Source of the DNA: an uncultured Candidatus Saccharibacteria bacterium
Lineage (GTDB): Bacteria > Patescibacteriota > Dojkabacteria > B142 > OLB20
Reading direction: 5' to 3'
Assembly (NCBI GenBank): GCA_964461915.1
Contig: CAYWVD010000001.1
Coordinates: forward strand, 565,911-629,910
DNA length: 64,000 nt
In this document: piece after piece, positions 1 through 9,357 of the stretch
How the letters are laid out: each line of letters opens with the position of its first letter
Numbering within the stretch: the first letter of the stretch is position 1
Made by a program: the position numbers and the translations under genes
Notes under the pieces: model-generated
Told to the model about the DNA's origin: nothing
What the model saw: the letters and a program-made list of their open reading frames with translations, nothing else
The model's database searches: none

Positions 1-55
1 ACTTTTCTCACTTTATTTTAAAGATGCGAATGCAGAATTTGTATTCGACTTAAAA

Positions 56-871
56 TTGACTGGAAAAAATTCCAAAAAGGAGAAAAATATTGCGCCTTAT
101 TTATTCGGTGGAAGCTTGTTGATAATTACCGTTACTCTCCTATTTTTCACAACGGTAAATCACAGAGCGGAGGTATTTTTCTCTGAGAGTCTGAAACTAG
201 CTTCAGACGGCAATTATGATTCAGCCTACGATAAATTAATCCAAGCAATAAATTTAAATAATCAAAGAGATTATTATCACAAAGAAGTATCAACAGTTGG
301 ATTAAGCAAACTTGAGGCCTTAATTACCACCACACAAAATTCAACTACCACATTAACCGATGAAGATAAGCAGAAATTGGCAGTTACACAACAATATCTC
401 GAAACCTTAATCAATAGCGAAATTAATAAGTCGATTGTACTCAATTCTGATAGTAGTGATAATTGGCAGAGAGCATCAGTTATTTACAAAAGATTAACTG
501 AGCTTTCAAAAGGGCAAAAGTATGGGAGCGAAACACTACAATCAATCCAACAAGCGATTAGTAAGAATCCAAACAATCCAGACAATTACCTTTTGTTAGG
601 GTTTATATATCAATATAATTCGGACGAAAAACTTCGAGATTTAGCTGAAGAAGCTTATACAAAAGCCTATACTCTACAACCAAGTTATGCATTAAGTATA
701 ATCCAATTGGGTCAATATCTTGAGAGTACAAAGCAATATGATTTGGCCCTCAGTCTTTATAAAGTTTCCAAGGAACAAATCTATAAAGACGAATCTGAAT
801 TTAACAAGTTCTTAAGCGAAAGAATCAACGCTACTCAAAAAACTATAGAATCTAATAAAGAAGGGAATTAA
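56..871 (+). CDS. Hypothetical membrane-anchored protein with C-terminal TPR-like helical repeats
   Basis: 271-aa ORF with an N-terminal hydrophobic segment (LFGGSLLIITVTLLFFTTV). Repeated helical motifs (e.g. NPNNPDNYLLLGFIYQY, LQPSYALSIIQLGQYLESTKQYDLALSLYK) resemble TPR units. No enzymatic motif seen. Confidence 0.35.
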   Translation: MTGKNSKKEKNIAPYLFGGSLLIITVTLLFFTTVNHRAEVFFSESLKLASDGNYDSAYDKLIQAINLNNQRDYYHKEVSTVGLSKLEALITTTQNSTTTLTDEDKQKLAVTQQYLETLINSEINKSIVLNSDSSDNWQRASVIYKRLTELSKGQKYGSETLQSIQQAISKNPNNPDNYLLLGFIYQYNSDEKLRDLAEEAYTKAYTLQPSYALSIIQLGQYLESTKQYDLALSLYKVSKEQIYKDESEFNKFLSERINATQKTIESNKEGN

Positions 872-2037
872 ATATTTATCGCTGAATAGGCAAATTTGTC
901 AGTTCCTATATCCTGAGGCAAATCTGTATCACCTATAGGATCGATCTCGATATTAATATTTACTGATTTATTTTTTACAGTAAAATCAAGGATCTTAATA
1001 TCTGGGGATTTAAGTTCAAGCTTAACCTTCTCTGATGGAAATTTATACCCTTTTGCCTGAACTAATAAACTATAGTCACCATTTGCCGGGTAAAACTGAA
1101 ATCTACCATTAATATCCGTTATTTTACTATCAACTAAAACGCCATTAGTTTTGTTAAATACCTTTACAAAAGCATATGGTATAGGGTTATTACTCTTTGA
1201 ATCCACAACCACTCCCCAGGTTCTAGAAGGTTTTCTAAAGTATGCTACAAGATGAATAACTACAAAAATACCATAATATATTGACGAAGCTAAAAATAGC
1301 CAATAAAACTGGTCAATAACCATTAGGATATTGATCACAAAAAGCGTATAGATAAAATACATATTTTGAGTTAACTTAACGATGCCCGAGTTAAGCCAAA
1401 TTTTTCTAAGTTTCTTTAAACTGAATCCCTTTTTATACTCTTTAGATTCCATGGGGATATTAAAATTCACATTAGTTACACCCGAAACAGAAATCTCGTC
1501 GCCTCTATATACTTGATTATCATTTTGCAAAGCAAAAGCAGTAGCATCAACAACAGGGAATTTAAAATCCTGATGTTCCACCTCTAATCTATATTTACCA
1601 GGATCCAGAATAAATCCGTATCTACCGTCAAGATCGGATACAGTAGTCTTGATTATTTTGTTATCTATTAATGAAACTACTCTAATTACTGCGAAAGCTA
1701 TCGGCGATGAGTTTTTTGAATTATAAACTAGTCCCCAGAAATCTTTTTTAGGACCCTTTCTAGCTATAAAAAAAGAAAAGAAAAATTTTATGTATTCTGA
1801 TAAATTTAGATTTTGAGCAGCAGCTATTGTAGTCGTTAATTGAGTAGCCGTAACAACGGCTGTCTGTGCGGCAACGCCCAAATCCACAACATCTTCAACT
1901 ACCTGTTCTTCGGTAGGAACTCTCTTTATAATTAGCTTTTCTTTTGATTCAATTTTATAGCTTGAAACTGCAAATACTGAAGACGATAAAAGGATCGAAA
2001 TCGCAAGAAAATTTATAAAAAGTAATCTTTTCTTCAT
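868..2037 (-). CDS. Membrane protein with two carboxypeptidase-regulatory-like (CarbopepD_reg) beta-sandwich domains
   Basis: 389 aa with a signal/TM at the N-terminus and two central TM helices. Two internally duplicated modules (VYNSKNSSPIAFAVIRVV...DLDGRYGF...PGKYRLEV and VVDSKSNNPIPYAFVKVF...DINGRFQF...NGDYSLLV) match the carboxypeptidase regulatory-like domain pattern. Confidence 0.45.
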   Translation of the reverse strand: MKKRLLFINFLAISILLSSSVFAVSSYKIESKEKLIIKRVPTEEQVVEDVVDLGVAAQTAVVTATQLTTTIAAAQNLNLSEYIKFFFSFFIARKGPKKDFWGLVYNSKNSSPIAFAVIRVVSLIDNKIIKTTVSDLDGRYGFILDPGKYRLEVEHQDFKFPVVDATAFALQNDNQVYRGDEISVSGVTNVNFNIPMESKEYKKGFSLKKLRKIWLNSGIVKLTQNMYFIYTLFVINILMVIDQFYWLFLASSIYYGIFVVIHLVAYFRKPSRTWGVVVDSKSNNPIPYAFVKVFNKTNGVLVDSKITDINGRFQFYPANGDYSLLVQAKGYKFPSEKVKLELKSPDIKILDFTVKNKSVNINIEIDPIGDTDLPQDIGTDKFAYSAINI

Positions 2038-2362
2038 ACAATTATCTTAAAAACGGTAAAACAATCACTAGATAAACGCTATACAGATTTATCGAGAACA
2101 ATATCATTGTTAAAATACTAAACTTATCAAAAAGCATTTTGATTTATAGATATACATAAAAGGTACATTACAGAAAAAAAGAAAGCAAGTTTAGTTGGAT
2201 TCAGCATTTAAATTACACATCAATTACGCATCCCCAATACTTCCATCTCAAAACAAATAAACCGACAAACACAAATTGCCATTACCAGATAAACAAATAA
2301 ATAGATGAAGAATTTTATACAATTAAGTTTTTTGAGTGGATATTTTCTTGAAGGTTTTCTTT

Positions 2363-3676
2363 TTAATGAACTTTATCAATTTCTCTAAATCTAGCCTGTT
2401 CTTTTACAAAGAACAACTCTTCTTCACCTGTAGGACCGTTTCTATGTTTAGAAATGAACAGTTTTCGATTTTGACTATTTTCATCATCTCCGCCTATTTT
2501 ACTCAAGAAAATCACTACATCCGCATCCTGTTCAATTGATCCGGACTCCCTAAGATCAGATAATTGTGGCGTACCATCTCCCCTCTGTTCTACTGCTCTA
2601 CTCAGCTGAGACAAGGCTAAAACAGGCACATCAAGCTCTCTTGCTAAGTTTTTTAAGAATCTAGAAATCTCTGAAACTTCTTGCACACGATTTTCTTTGC
2701 TCCTACCCTCAATTAGTTGTAAATAGTCTACAATGATCAAATCTAAGCCCTTTTCTATCTTTAACTTTCTGGCTTTTGCCCTCATTTCCATAATGTTAAT
2801 ACCCGGAGTGTCATCAATGTATAAATTAGCTTCAGACAAAATTCCGAATGCATCACTAAGTCTAGTAAAAACTTCATCTGATATTCTACCCATACGAAGA
2901 TCCCATAAACCAACGCCAACCTGCATAGATAAAATTCTATCCATTAGTTGGGCATCAGACATTTCAAGCGAGAATATTCCAACACTTTTAGATTCCAAAA
3001 CAGCAGCATGTCTTGCAATATCTAATGCAAAAGCCGTCTTTCCAACGCTAGGTCTAGCAGCAAGGATGATTAAATCAGATCTTTGAAGACCCCCTAATAA
3101 TCCATCTAAATATGAAAAGCCAGTTGGGACACCCTGCAATTTCCCTGGATCTTTATTAAGTTCTTCTGCTTTTTTATACGATTTTTCGAGTAATTCCGAA
3201 ACATGAACGAAATCAGTCCTTGACGAAGTTTGTGTGATATTCATCAAGTCTTTTTCAATATCATCTAGAACCAAATCCAACTCTCTATCCTGTTTATGTG
3301 CCAACTCATCTATTTCACTTGCTAGTGAAATCAATCTTCTTCTTTGAGCTAAAGCTACAATCATTTGAGAATATTCTTCTACATGCGCAGCCGTGGGCAC
3401 AGATTCTACTAAATCACTTAGATAATTTGACCCTCCAATATCTTTAAGTTGTTTTTTCGATCTTAATTCAGATGAAAGAGTTAAAACATCGATTGGTTTT
3501 TGATGGGAATACAATTCCAACATCGCTTCAAAAATTATTTGATGATTTTTATCATAAAAATGGGTTGGATTAAGTGATTCAGCCACCTTAAACATGGCAT
3601 CTTCATTTATTAGAATTGCTCCTAGGATTGATTTTTCGGCATCCTTATTTTGTGGAGGTAATTTTAATTCAGCCAT
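2363..3676 (-). CDS. dnaB: Replicative DNA helicase DnaB
   Basis: 437 aa. N-terminal DnaB domain (KSILGAILINEDAMFKV). Walker A GFSYLDGLLGGLQRSDLIILAARPSVGKTAFALDIA. RecA-like C-terminal domain. No intein. Confidence 0.9.
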   Translation of the reverse strand: MAELKLPPQNKDAEKSILGAILINEDAMFKVAESLNPTHFYDKNHQIIFEAMLELYSHQKPIDVLTLSSELRSKKQLKDIGGSNYLSDLVESVPTAAHVEEYSQMIVALAQRRRLISLASEIDELAHKQDRELDLVLDDIEKDLMNITQTSSRTDFVHVSELLEKSYKKAEELNKDPGKLQGVPTGFSYLDGLLGGLQRSDLIILAARPSVGKTAFALDIARHAAVLESKSVGIFSLEMSDAQLMDRILSMQVGVGLWDLRMGRISDEVFTRLSDAFGILSEANLYIDDTPGINIMEMRAKARKLKIEKGLDLIIVDYLQLIEGRSKENRVQEVSEISRFLKNLARELDVPVLALSQLSRAVEQRGDGTPQLSDLRESGSIEQDADVVIFLSKIGGDDENSQNRKLFISKHRNGPTGEEELFFVKEQARFREIDKVH

Positions 3677-3689
3677 TTATATTTGAAAT

Positions 3690-4247
3690 TTAATCAGATA
3701 ATAAGACTATTTGTAAAATTTGAGCCTCTTCATCTTCAACCATGTCGTCAATATCAATATTTAATGTTTTTTGAGATTCAGGAATAGTAATTCCAAGTTT
3801 TTTTGAAAATCCCTCAATCTCATCCTTACTTGATGCAATTGGCATAAGAAATTGAGGCCCAAACTCATCTACAAGGTTATGAATCTTTGAAGAAGTCATT
3901 TCACCCTTTATAACTAAAATATGATTAATACCTAGCTGATCCAGCATCTTTTTTGTAGGTAACTCGCTATCAGATCTTAGAAAAACTAGATTTACACCAT
4001 CAATATCTACAGAAATTAATTTAATTTCATGACCATCTTTAACAGGCAAAGCCTGTATCATATAACCCAAATACTCATATTCTCCTGGCATATCAACAAT
4101 TATTCCATCATAACCTTCAATTTTCTTAATAGAACTTCCAATTACAATATCGTAATCACTTAATTTCTGATCAATATAATCCCCTATCAACATTTTATGA
4201 TCCTTGGAACTAATAGTTAAATTTCCCTTATTGAGACTTATTTTCAT
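3690..4247 (-). CDS. Hypothetical protein, degenerate MBL-fold (Lactamase_B_3-like) lacking the metal-binding His motif
   Basis: 185 aa. The spacing of hydrophobic/Gly/Asp blocks resembles small MBL-fold hydrolases (MKIS..G....I..S.......LI...ID), but the HxHxDH motif is absent. 13 nt downstream of dnaB on the same strand. Confidence 0.3.
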   Translation of the reverse strand: MKISLNKGNLTISSKDHKMLIGDYIDQKLSDYDIVIGSSIKKIEGYDGIIVDMPGEYEYLGYMIQALPVKDGHEIKLISVDIDGVNLVFLRSDSELPTKKMLDQLGINHILVIKGEMTSSKIHNLVDEFGPQFLMPIASSKDEIEGFSKKLGITIPESQKTLNIDIDDMVEDEEAQILQIVLLSD

Positions 4248-4488
4248 AAAAAATTTTTTAACAAATTACAATTCATTCTATACTAGGAATTAAAAACAAA
4301 CAATAAACATTGTAAACTTTTCGCGATGCGATTTATGACTTTAGGGCTTTACATTAATAAACTCTGCACATCTCCGCATCATTTTCGGCAAGTCGTTGAT
4401 AACTGATTGGTAAAAATCGTATATTGTTATCAGCATTTTTAACAGTCCATCTTTTTGCACGATTGATGGATAGATAATTTTTTAACTA

Positions 4489-4516
4489 TTGCCTTAGCAC
4501 GAAGTTATGCTATAAT
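4489..4516 (+). promoter_or_regulatory. Putative sigma70-type promoter of rpmE (TTGCCT-16-TATAAT)
   Basis: TTGCCT at 4489-4494 and TATAAT at 4511-4516, about 20 nt upstream of the rpmE ATG. AAGG Shine-Dalgarno before the start. Confidence 0.35.
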
Positions 4517-4537
4517 TGCTTTGTTGTTTTAAGGTCT

Positions 4538-4861
4538 ATGAAAAAGAATATACACCCAAAATTATATATGAACGCTAAGGTTACTGATCTTTCATCAGGT
4601 GAAACCTTCGTTATCCCTAGCACTAAAGAAGAAATTTCTATTGAAGTTTCAAATCTAAGTCACCCCTTCTATACTGGCAAACAAAGAATAGTTGATACAG
4701 AAAACTTAGTAAAGAAATTTGAATCTAAGAGATCTTCTGCCAATTCTTCAAAGGTAACCAACAAAAAAGATAAAAAGTCTCGCAGAAATAAAAGTAGAGT
4801 CACCTCAATCAATGCAGAAGGCGCACTTACTTTAAAAGATATGCTTAAACAATTTAAATAG
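4538..4861 (+). CDS. rpmE: 50S ribosomal protein L31 (type B, no Cys4) with Lys-rich C-terminal extension
   Basis: MKKNIHPKLY... and HPFYTGKQRIVDTE are L31 signatures. A roughly 40-aa basic tail is appended. Confidence 0.85.
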   Translation: MKKNIHPKLYMNAKVTDLSSGETFVIPSTKEEISIEVSNLSHPFYTGKQRIVDTENLVKKFESKRSSANSSKVTNKKDKKSRRNKSRVTSINAEGALTLKDMLKQFK

Positions 4862-4922
4862 TTCTTCATTCACCCTATCTATGCATTCTGGTTTTAATTT
4901 ATAACCAGTTATATTATATTTA

Positions 4923-6002
4923 TTGAAGAACTATCTAACCATGCATCAAAAAATTAAAGATCTTTTAGAAAAATATCAATCTTTAAATCAAAAACTTAAC
5001 GAAGCCTCTACAAGAGGCGATTCTTCCTCTATTCAATCAATTGGAAAAGAATTAGGCGAAATATCAGAATATATTGATAAAGCCAACACTATTAAAAAAT
5101 TAAATTCCGAAATCGAAGAAGCCACTACTCTTCTTAAAACCGAAGCTGATAAAGCCATAATCGATTATTACCATGAATTAATCAATGCAGACCAACCCAT
5201 TTTGAATGAATTAGAGGACTCCCTATTAAAAGATTTAGAACTTCAAGATCCTAATGATAAAAGGAATTGTATTATCGAGATAAGGGCCGGTACAGGTGGC
5301 GAAGAAGCAGCTTTATTTGCCTCAGAACTTTATCGAATGTATTTGAGGTTTGCCGAAAAGCAAGGATGGCAAACTGAACAACTCAGCATGAGTGAAGCTG
5401 GCCAGGGCGGAATTAAGGAAGTAATTGCATCTATTAAAGGATACGGAGTATATGGAAAGTTACGATTTGAAAATGGCGTCCATCGAGTTCAAAGAGTACC
5501 AGCAACTGAAAGTGCAGGAAGAATTCATACTTCTAGTGCCTCTGTAGTTGTTTTGCCTGAAGTTGAAGACCACGAAGTGGAAATTAACCCGGATGATATA
5601 AAAATTGATGTATATAGAGCCGGAGGCCCGGGTGGCCAGGGCGTCAACACGACTGATTCAGCCGTAAGATTAACCCATATACCCACAGGATTGGTTGTTT
5701 CTTGCCAAGATGAAAGATCTCAATTGAAAAACAAACATCGAGCTTTGTCGATTTTAAAAAGTAGACTTTTTGAATTAGAACAATCAAAAGAACAAGAAGC
5801 CCTATCCAGCCAAAGAAAAACAGCCATTAAAACGGGAGATCGATCAGAAAAGATTAAAACCTACAATTTTCCACAAAGTAGAATGACCGACCACAGGATC
5901 AAGGAAAGTTGGTTTAACCTATCAGAGATCCTTGAGGGAGACTTAGAAGAAATTATTGAAACAACAAAACTTAAATTACTTTCCGAAAATGAGACGGAAT
6001 AA
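4923..6002 (+). CDS. prfA: Peptide chain release factor 1
   Basis: GGQ motif (RAGGPGGQGVNTTDSAVRLTHIPTG) and RF1-type PxT tripeptide context (RVPATESAGRIHTS). The start could be M1 or M7. Confidence 0.9.
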   Translation: MKNYLTMHQKIKDLLEKYQSLNQKLNEASTRGDSSSIQSIGKELGEISEYIDKANTIKKLNSEIEEATTLLKTEADKAIIDYYHELINADQPILNELEDSLLKDLELQDPNDKRNCIIEIRAGTGGEEAALFASELYRMYLRFAEKQGWQTEQLSMSEAGQGGIKEVIASIKGYGVYGKLRFENGVHRVQRVPATESAGRIHTSSASVVVLPEVEDHEVEINPDDIKIDVYRAGGPGGQGVNTTDSAVRLTHIPTGLVVSCQDERSQLKNKHRALSILKSRLFELEQSKEQEALSSQRKTAIKTGDRSEKIKTYNFPQSRMTDHRIKESWFNLSEILEGDLEEIIETTKLKLLSENETE

Positions 6003-6882
6003 TAAAACTAGTATTTCTTTTGCACTCTCACTTGGTAGGTCGTTACTCCCTAATTCCCCTACTCCACTTCTTGATTCGCAACTATTATTATCACATACTC
6101 TAAATACTAATAAAGAATACTTAATAAAAAATCCAAATCAACTGATTGCTAACCATAAAATAAATCGATTTTTGTTTCAAATAGGAAAAAGGTCAACAAA
6201 TTATCCTATTGCATATATTTTAAAGAAAAAGGAGTTTTATGGATTAGATTTTTATATAAATGAGGGGGTTTTGATTCCAAGACCAGAAACTGAAATGATA
6301 GTTGATATTGCCTTAGATTATATTAAAACTACAGATACTAAAAAAATTAATGTATTAGACCTTGGAACAGGCTCAGGCTGTATTCCAATTTCATTATTAA
6401 TCGAAATCAGCAAATTGAAAAATATTCAAAAAGATATTTCGATTGATGCAGTTGATAAATCTGAAGTTGCAATTAAAATCAGTAAGAATAATTTAAAAAA
6501 GTTATCCAACAAAGAAAATACAAAAATCAAACTAAATTTTGTTAAACTGGATTATGTATTACAAGATATTAAAAAAGAATACGACGAAATAATATCCAAT
6601 CCTCCATATCTAACAAAAAGAGAAATTTTGAAATCTCAGGGATCAGCAATACGATATGAACCCAAAGAAGCGTTATTTGGGAAAAAAGAAAACGGATTAT
6701 ATTATTATAAAATAATCGCAGATAAATGGCTTCAAAAAATGAGTGCTAAAGGCATAGCCATACTTGAGATAGGAACCCAAGAATTATCAGAATATAAGAA
6801 AATATTTAAAAAATATTCAATAAAAGTCATAAAGGACTTTGCCGGACAAAATAGGTTTTTAGTTATTTCTCACCGATTGTAA
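5989..6882 (+). CDS. prmC: Release factor glutamine N5-methyltransferase PrmC/HemK
   Basis: SAM-binding VLDLGTGSGCI and catalytic NPPY (ISNPPYL). The ORF opens at 5956, but the likely start is the M at 5989, overlapping the prfA stop. This is the classic prfA-prmC pair. Confidence 0.8.
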   Translation: MRRNNKTSISFALSLGRSLLPNSPTPLLDSQLLLSHTLNTNKEYLIKNPNQLIANHKINRFLFQIGKRSTNYPIAYILKKKEFYGLDFYINEGVLIPRPETEMIVDIALDYIKTTDTKKINVLDLGTGSGCIPISLLIEISKLKNIQKDISIDAVDKSEVAIKISKNNLKKLSNKENTKIKLNFVKLDYVLQDIKKEYDEIISNPPYLTKREILKSQGSAIRYEPKEALFGKKENGLYYYKIIADKWLQKMSAKGIAILEIGTQELSEYKKIFKKYSIKVIKDFAGQNRFLVISHRL

Positions 6883-8077
6883 CAATTATTTCCTTTTCAG
6901 CCTTTTCCCTAATCACGATTATTGAAACTTTTCCCCCAATATTTCTTGTTTGAATTAATGATGCTAATTGTTTTTGTGATAAATCTTCTCCATCAAATTC
7001 AATTACCACATCCCCTACCATAATACCTGCATTCTGAGCTGGACTTCCTTCAACTACATTTATTATTTGAGCCCCAACAAGCGATTGGTCCTTGAAGTAC
7101 ACGAGCCTTGTTCGATATTCTACTCCTAAAAATGGGACCTTAAATTTCCCAAAAGTTTCAAGTTCTTGAAGTCTTGATTTTATTCGATTTATTGGCAAAG
7201 CAAAGGATAAATTTGAAGCACCGCCTATGGTTGCGAAGTTTATACCAATGACCTCACCATTAATATTAAGTAATGGCCCACCAGAATTCCCAGGATTAAT
7301 AGCAGCATCAGTTTGAATTACATCTTGATAAACTTCACTTTGAGTTGAAAAGAAACCCTGGCTAATAGATACTTCTCTTTGCAAACCGCTAATTATTCCT
7401 TTGGTAACGGATCCAGTAAATTCACCAAGAGGATTTCCGATAGCAATAACAGTTTCTCCTAGCTTTATCTTGTCCGAATCCCCTATTGATAAAACTTTCG
7501 TGCCCTCAGGAATTTTTGATCCATCAATTTTAATAAGAGCTACATCATTTACAGGGTCGCGAAATATTTGATCAGATTTTACCTCTATTAAAGTTTTCTG
7601 ATCTTTAAAAGAAACAAAATATTTAATATTTTCATTAGAAACCACATGCCTATTGGTAACGATTACTCCATTATTTGAAACTAAAAAACCAGTGCCAATG
7701 ATACTATTTTCTGACAAATTATCCTCTTGAGTACTTATACCTACTATTCCGCTGCCAACTTCGGCCACAACGCTAGCGACCACCTGGCCCTCCTCCTTGA
7801 GGTTTTGTGCAGAATTGTTGTTCGATTGGGCATCTTTACTACCTCCCACCTGGTCCGTATTTGATACGATATCGCATTTACCCAAGTTAAATAAATATGA
7901 ATCCTTTAATACTATTCCGCAACCAAGTTTTTTAGCATATCCACCTAAGAAAAAAAACAATACTAGACTTGTAATTAAGCAACAAAAGACTAAAAAAAAT
8001 AGGAATTTAAAAAAGAATCCCTTTTTTGATTTCGATTTACCAGTTTTCTCTTCTTTTTTTATTTCTATATTGTCCAT
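6863..8077 (-). CDS. htrA: HtrA/DegP-family serine protease with PDZ domain, membrane anchored
   Basis: Trypsin-like motifs TNRHVV, DVALIKI and GNSGGPLLNINGEVIGIN. C-terminal PDZ. N-terminal TM. Converges on prmC with a 20-nt overlap. Confidence 0.85.
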   Translation of the reverse strand: MDNIEIKKEEKTGKSKSKKGFFFKFLFFLVFCCLITSLVLFFFLGGYAKKLGCGIVLKDSYLFNLGKCDIVSNTDQVGGSKDAQSNNNSAQNLKEEGQVVASVVAEVGSGIVGISTQEDNLSENSIIGTGFLVSNNGVIVTNRHVVSNENIKYFVSFKDQKTLIEVKSDQIFRDPVNDVALIKIDGSKIPEGTKVLSIGDSDKIKLGETVIAIGNPLGEFTGSVTKGIISGLQREVSISQGFFSTQSEVYQDVIQTDAAINPGNSGGPLLNINGEVIGINFATIGGASNLSFALPINRIKSRLQELETFGKFKVPFLGVEYRTRLVYFKDQSLVGAQIINVVEGSPAQNAGIMVGDVVIEFDGEDLSQKQLASLIQTRNIGGKVSIIVIREKAEKEIIVTIGEK

Positions 8078-8130
8078 AATAAAAAATAGTAATAAATAAA
8101 ATTACAATTAATTATTTTAAGTTTTTCTTG

Positions 8131-9357
8131 TTAATTCGAACCCGAGAGGACCTCAATAGCTTTTTGGTCGTTGAGATTTTCATCTTCGACAATTAAGTCT
8201 GGTGTGATTGGATCTTCTTTGGAAATATTTTTGCCTAGTGGTGTTAACCATTTTTGAAAAACTACTTGAAGGAGTGAACCGTCGCTTAAGGTAACTAACT
8301 TCTGTTCTACACCCTTTCCAACTGTTTTTTGACCAATAATTTTACCTCTTCCATAGTCTTGAATAGCGCCTGCAAAAATTTCTGAAGCAGAAGCACTTCC
8401 AGAATTAACCATTACAACAATTGGGACATTTAATAATTTGCCGTTTCGTTGAATTAAATGCTCTGTTCTTACCCCATTCTTGGTTTCTTCGATTAATGCA
8501 ATTTTACCTGATGGAATAAAATCTCCCAAAACATACTCTACACCACTCACATAGCCACCCGGATTATTTCTTAAATCAATTATTATTCCCTTTGGATTCT
8601 TAGCTAAAGCTTGCGAAACAACAGAATCCCACATTTTTATGAATTCCCGAATATCTGATTCTGTAAATTTATACAGCTTTATCTTTAAATAACCGTTCCC
8701 GAGATCTTCAAGTTCAATATTATCAATGTCAATCTTTTCTCTAATAATATTGAATGTATACTCCTTTTGGTCTGCAGGTCTAAAAATTTCTATTTTTACA
8801 TTGGTCCCAGCTTCTCCACGAATCAGAGAAACAGCCTCATAAAGGGTTTTGTTATACATGTCTTTATCGTCGACTTTTAATATAAGATCACCAGCTTTCA
8901 CTCCGGCCTTTTGAGCAGGGCTTTTATCGACTGGACTTTCAACTCCAACATAGGATCCCTCTTGTTTTAAAGTAGCCCCAATACCTTGATATTCTCCTGC
9001 ATTTGAATCTTTGTAATCAGAAACCTCTGATGGTTCTAAAAAAGCTGTATAAGGGTCATCTAGGGAATTAACCATTCCTCTAACTGCCCCATATACTAAA
9101 TTTTTTGGATCAATTTCTGAAGATATATGCTCGTCCTCTAACTTCTGCCAAACTTCCCATAATATATTTACATCAACATTTTCAAATTCGCTTTTTAAAT
9201 CACCGGTTATTGAATATCCTCTTGCATCTAACTCCTTTGGATCGGGATTCATTCTCCCAATATATATACCAATCACAAAAATTGCGCTGATAAGCAAAAA
9301 TGCACCAATATTTTTCAACATAGGGTTATTAGACGACTTATCAGAATTGTTATTCAT
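8131..9357 (-). CDS. ctpA: Carboxyl-terminal processing protease (S41 family) with PDZ domain
   Basis: PDZ (GDLILKVDDKD) and S41 catalytic region (VVMVNSGSASASEIFAGAIQDYGRGKIIGQKTVGKG). N-terminal TM. Confidence 0.85.
   Translation of the reverse strand: MNNNSDKSSNNPMLKNIGAFLLISAIFVIGIYIGRMNPDPKELDARGYSITGDLKSEFENVDVNILWEVWQKLEDEHISSEIDPKNLVYGAVRGMVNSLDDPYTAFLEPSEVSDYKDSNAGEYQGIGATLKQEGSYVGVESPVDKSPAQKAGVKAGDLILKVDDKDMYNKTLYEAVSLIRGEAGTNVKIEIFRPADQKEYTFNIIREKIDIDNIELEDLGNGYLKIKLYKFTESDIREFIKMWDSVVSQALAKNPKGIIIDLRNNPGGYVSGVEYVLGDFIPSGKIALIEETKNGVRTEHLIQRNGKLLNVPIVVMVNSGSASASEIFAGAIQDYGRGKIIGQKTVGKGVEQKLVTLSDGSLLQVVFQKWLTPLGKNISKEDPITPDLIVEDENLNDQKAIEVLSGSN

Noticed and set aside
2336-2539. 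ORF 2336-2539 (+), 67 aa
   Set aside because: It overlaps the 3' end of dnaB on the opposite strand, has a low-complexity Phe/Ile-rich translation, and is not coding.
4397-4440. Weak hairpin TGATAAC...GTTATCA + T5 in the dnaB-side / rpmE spacer
   Set aside because: A 7-bp AT-rich stem on the plus strand with no upstream plus-strand gene. It more likely forms part of the divergent promoter region than a terminator.
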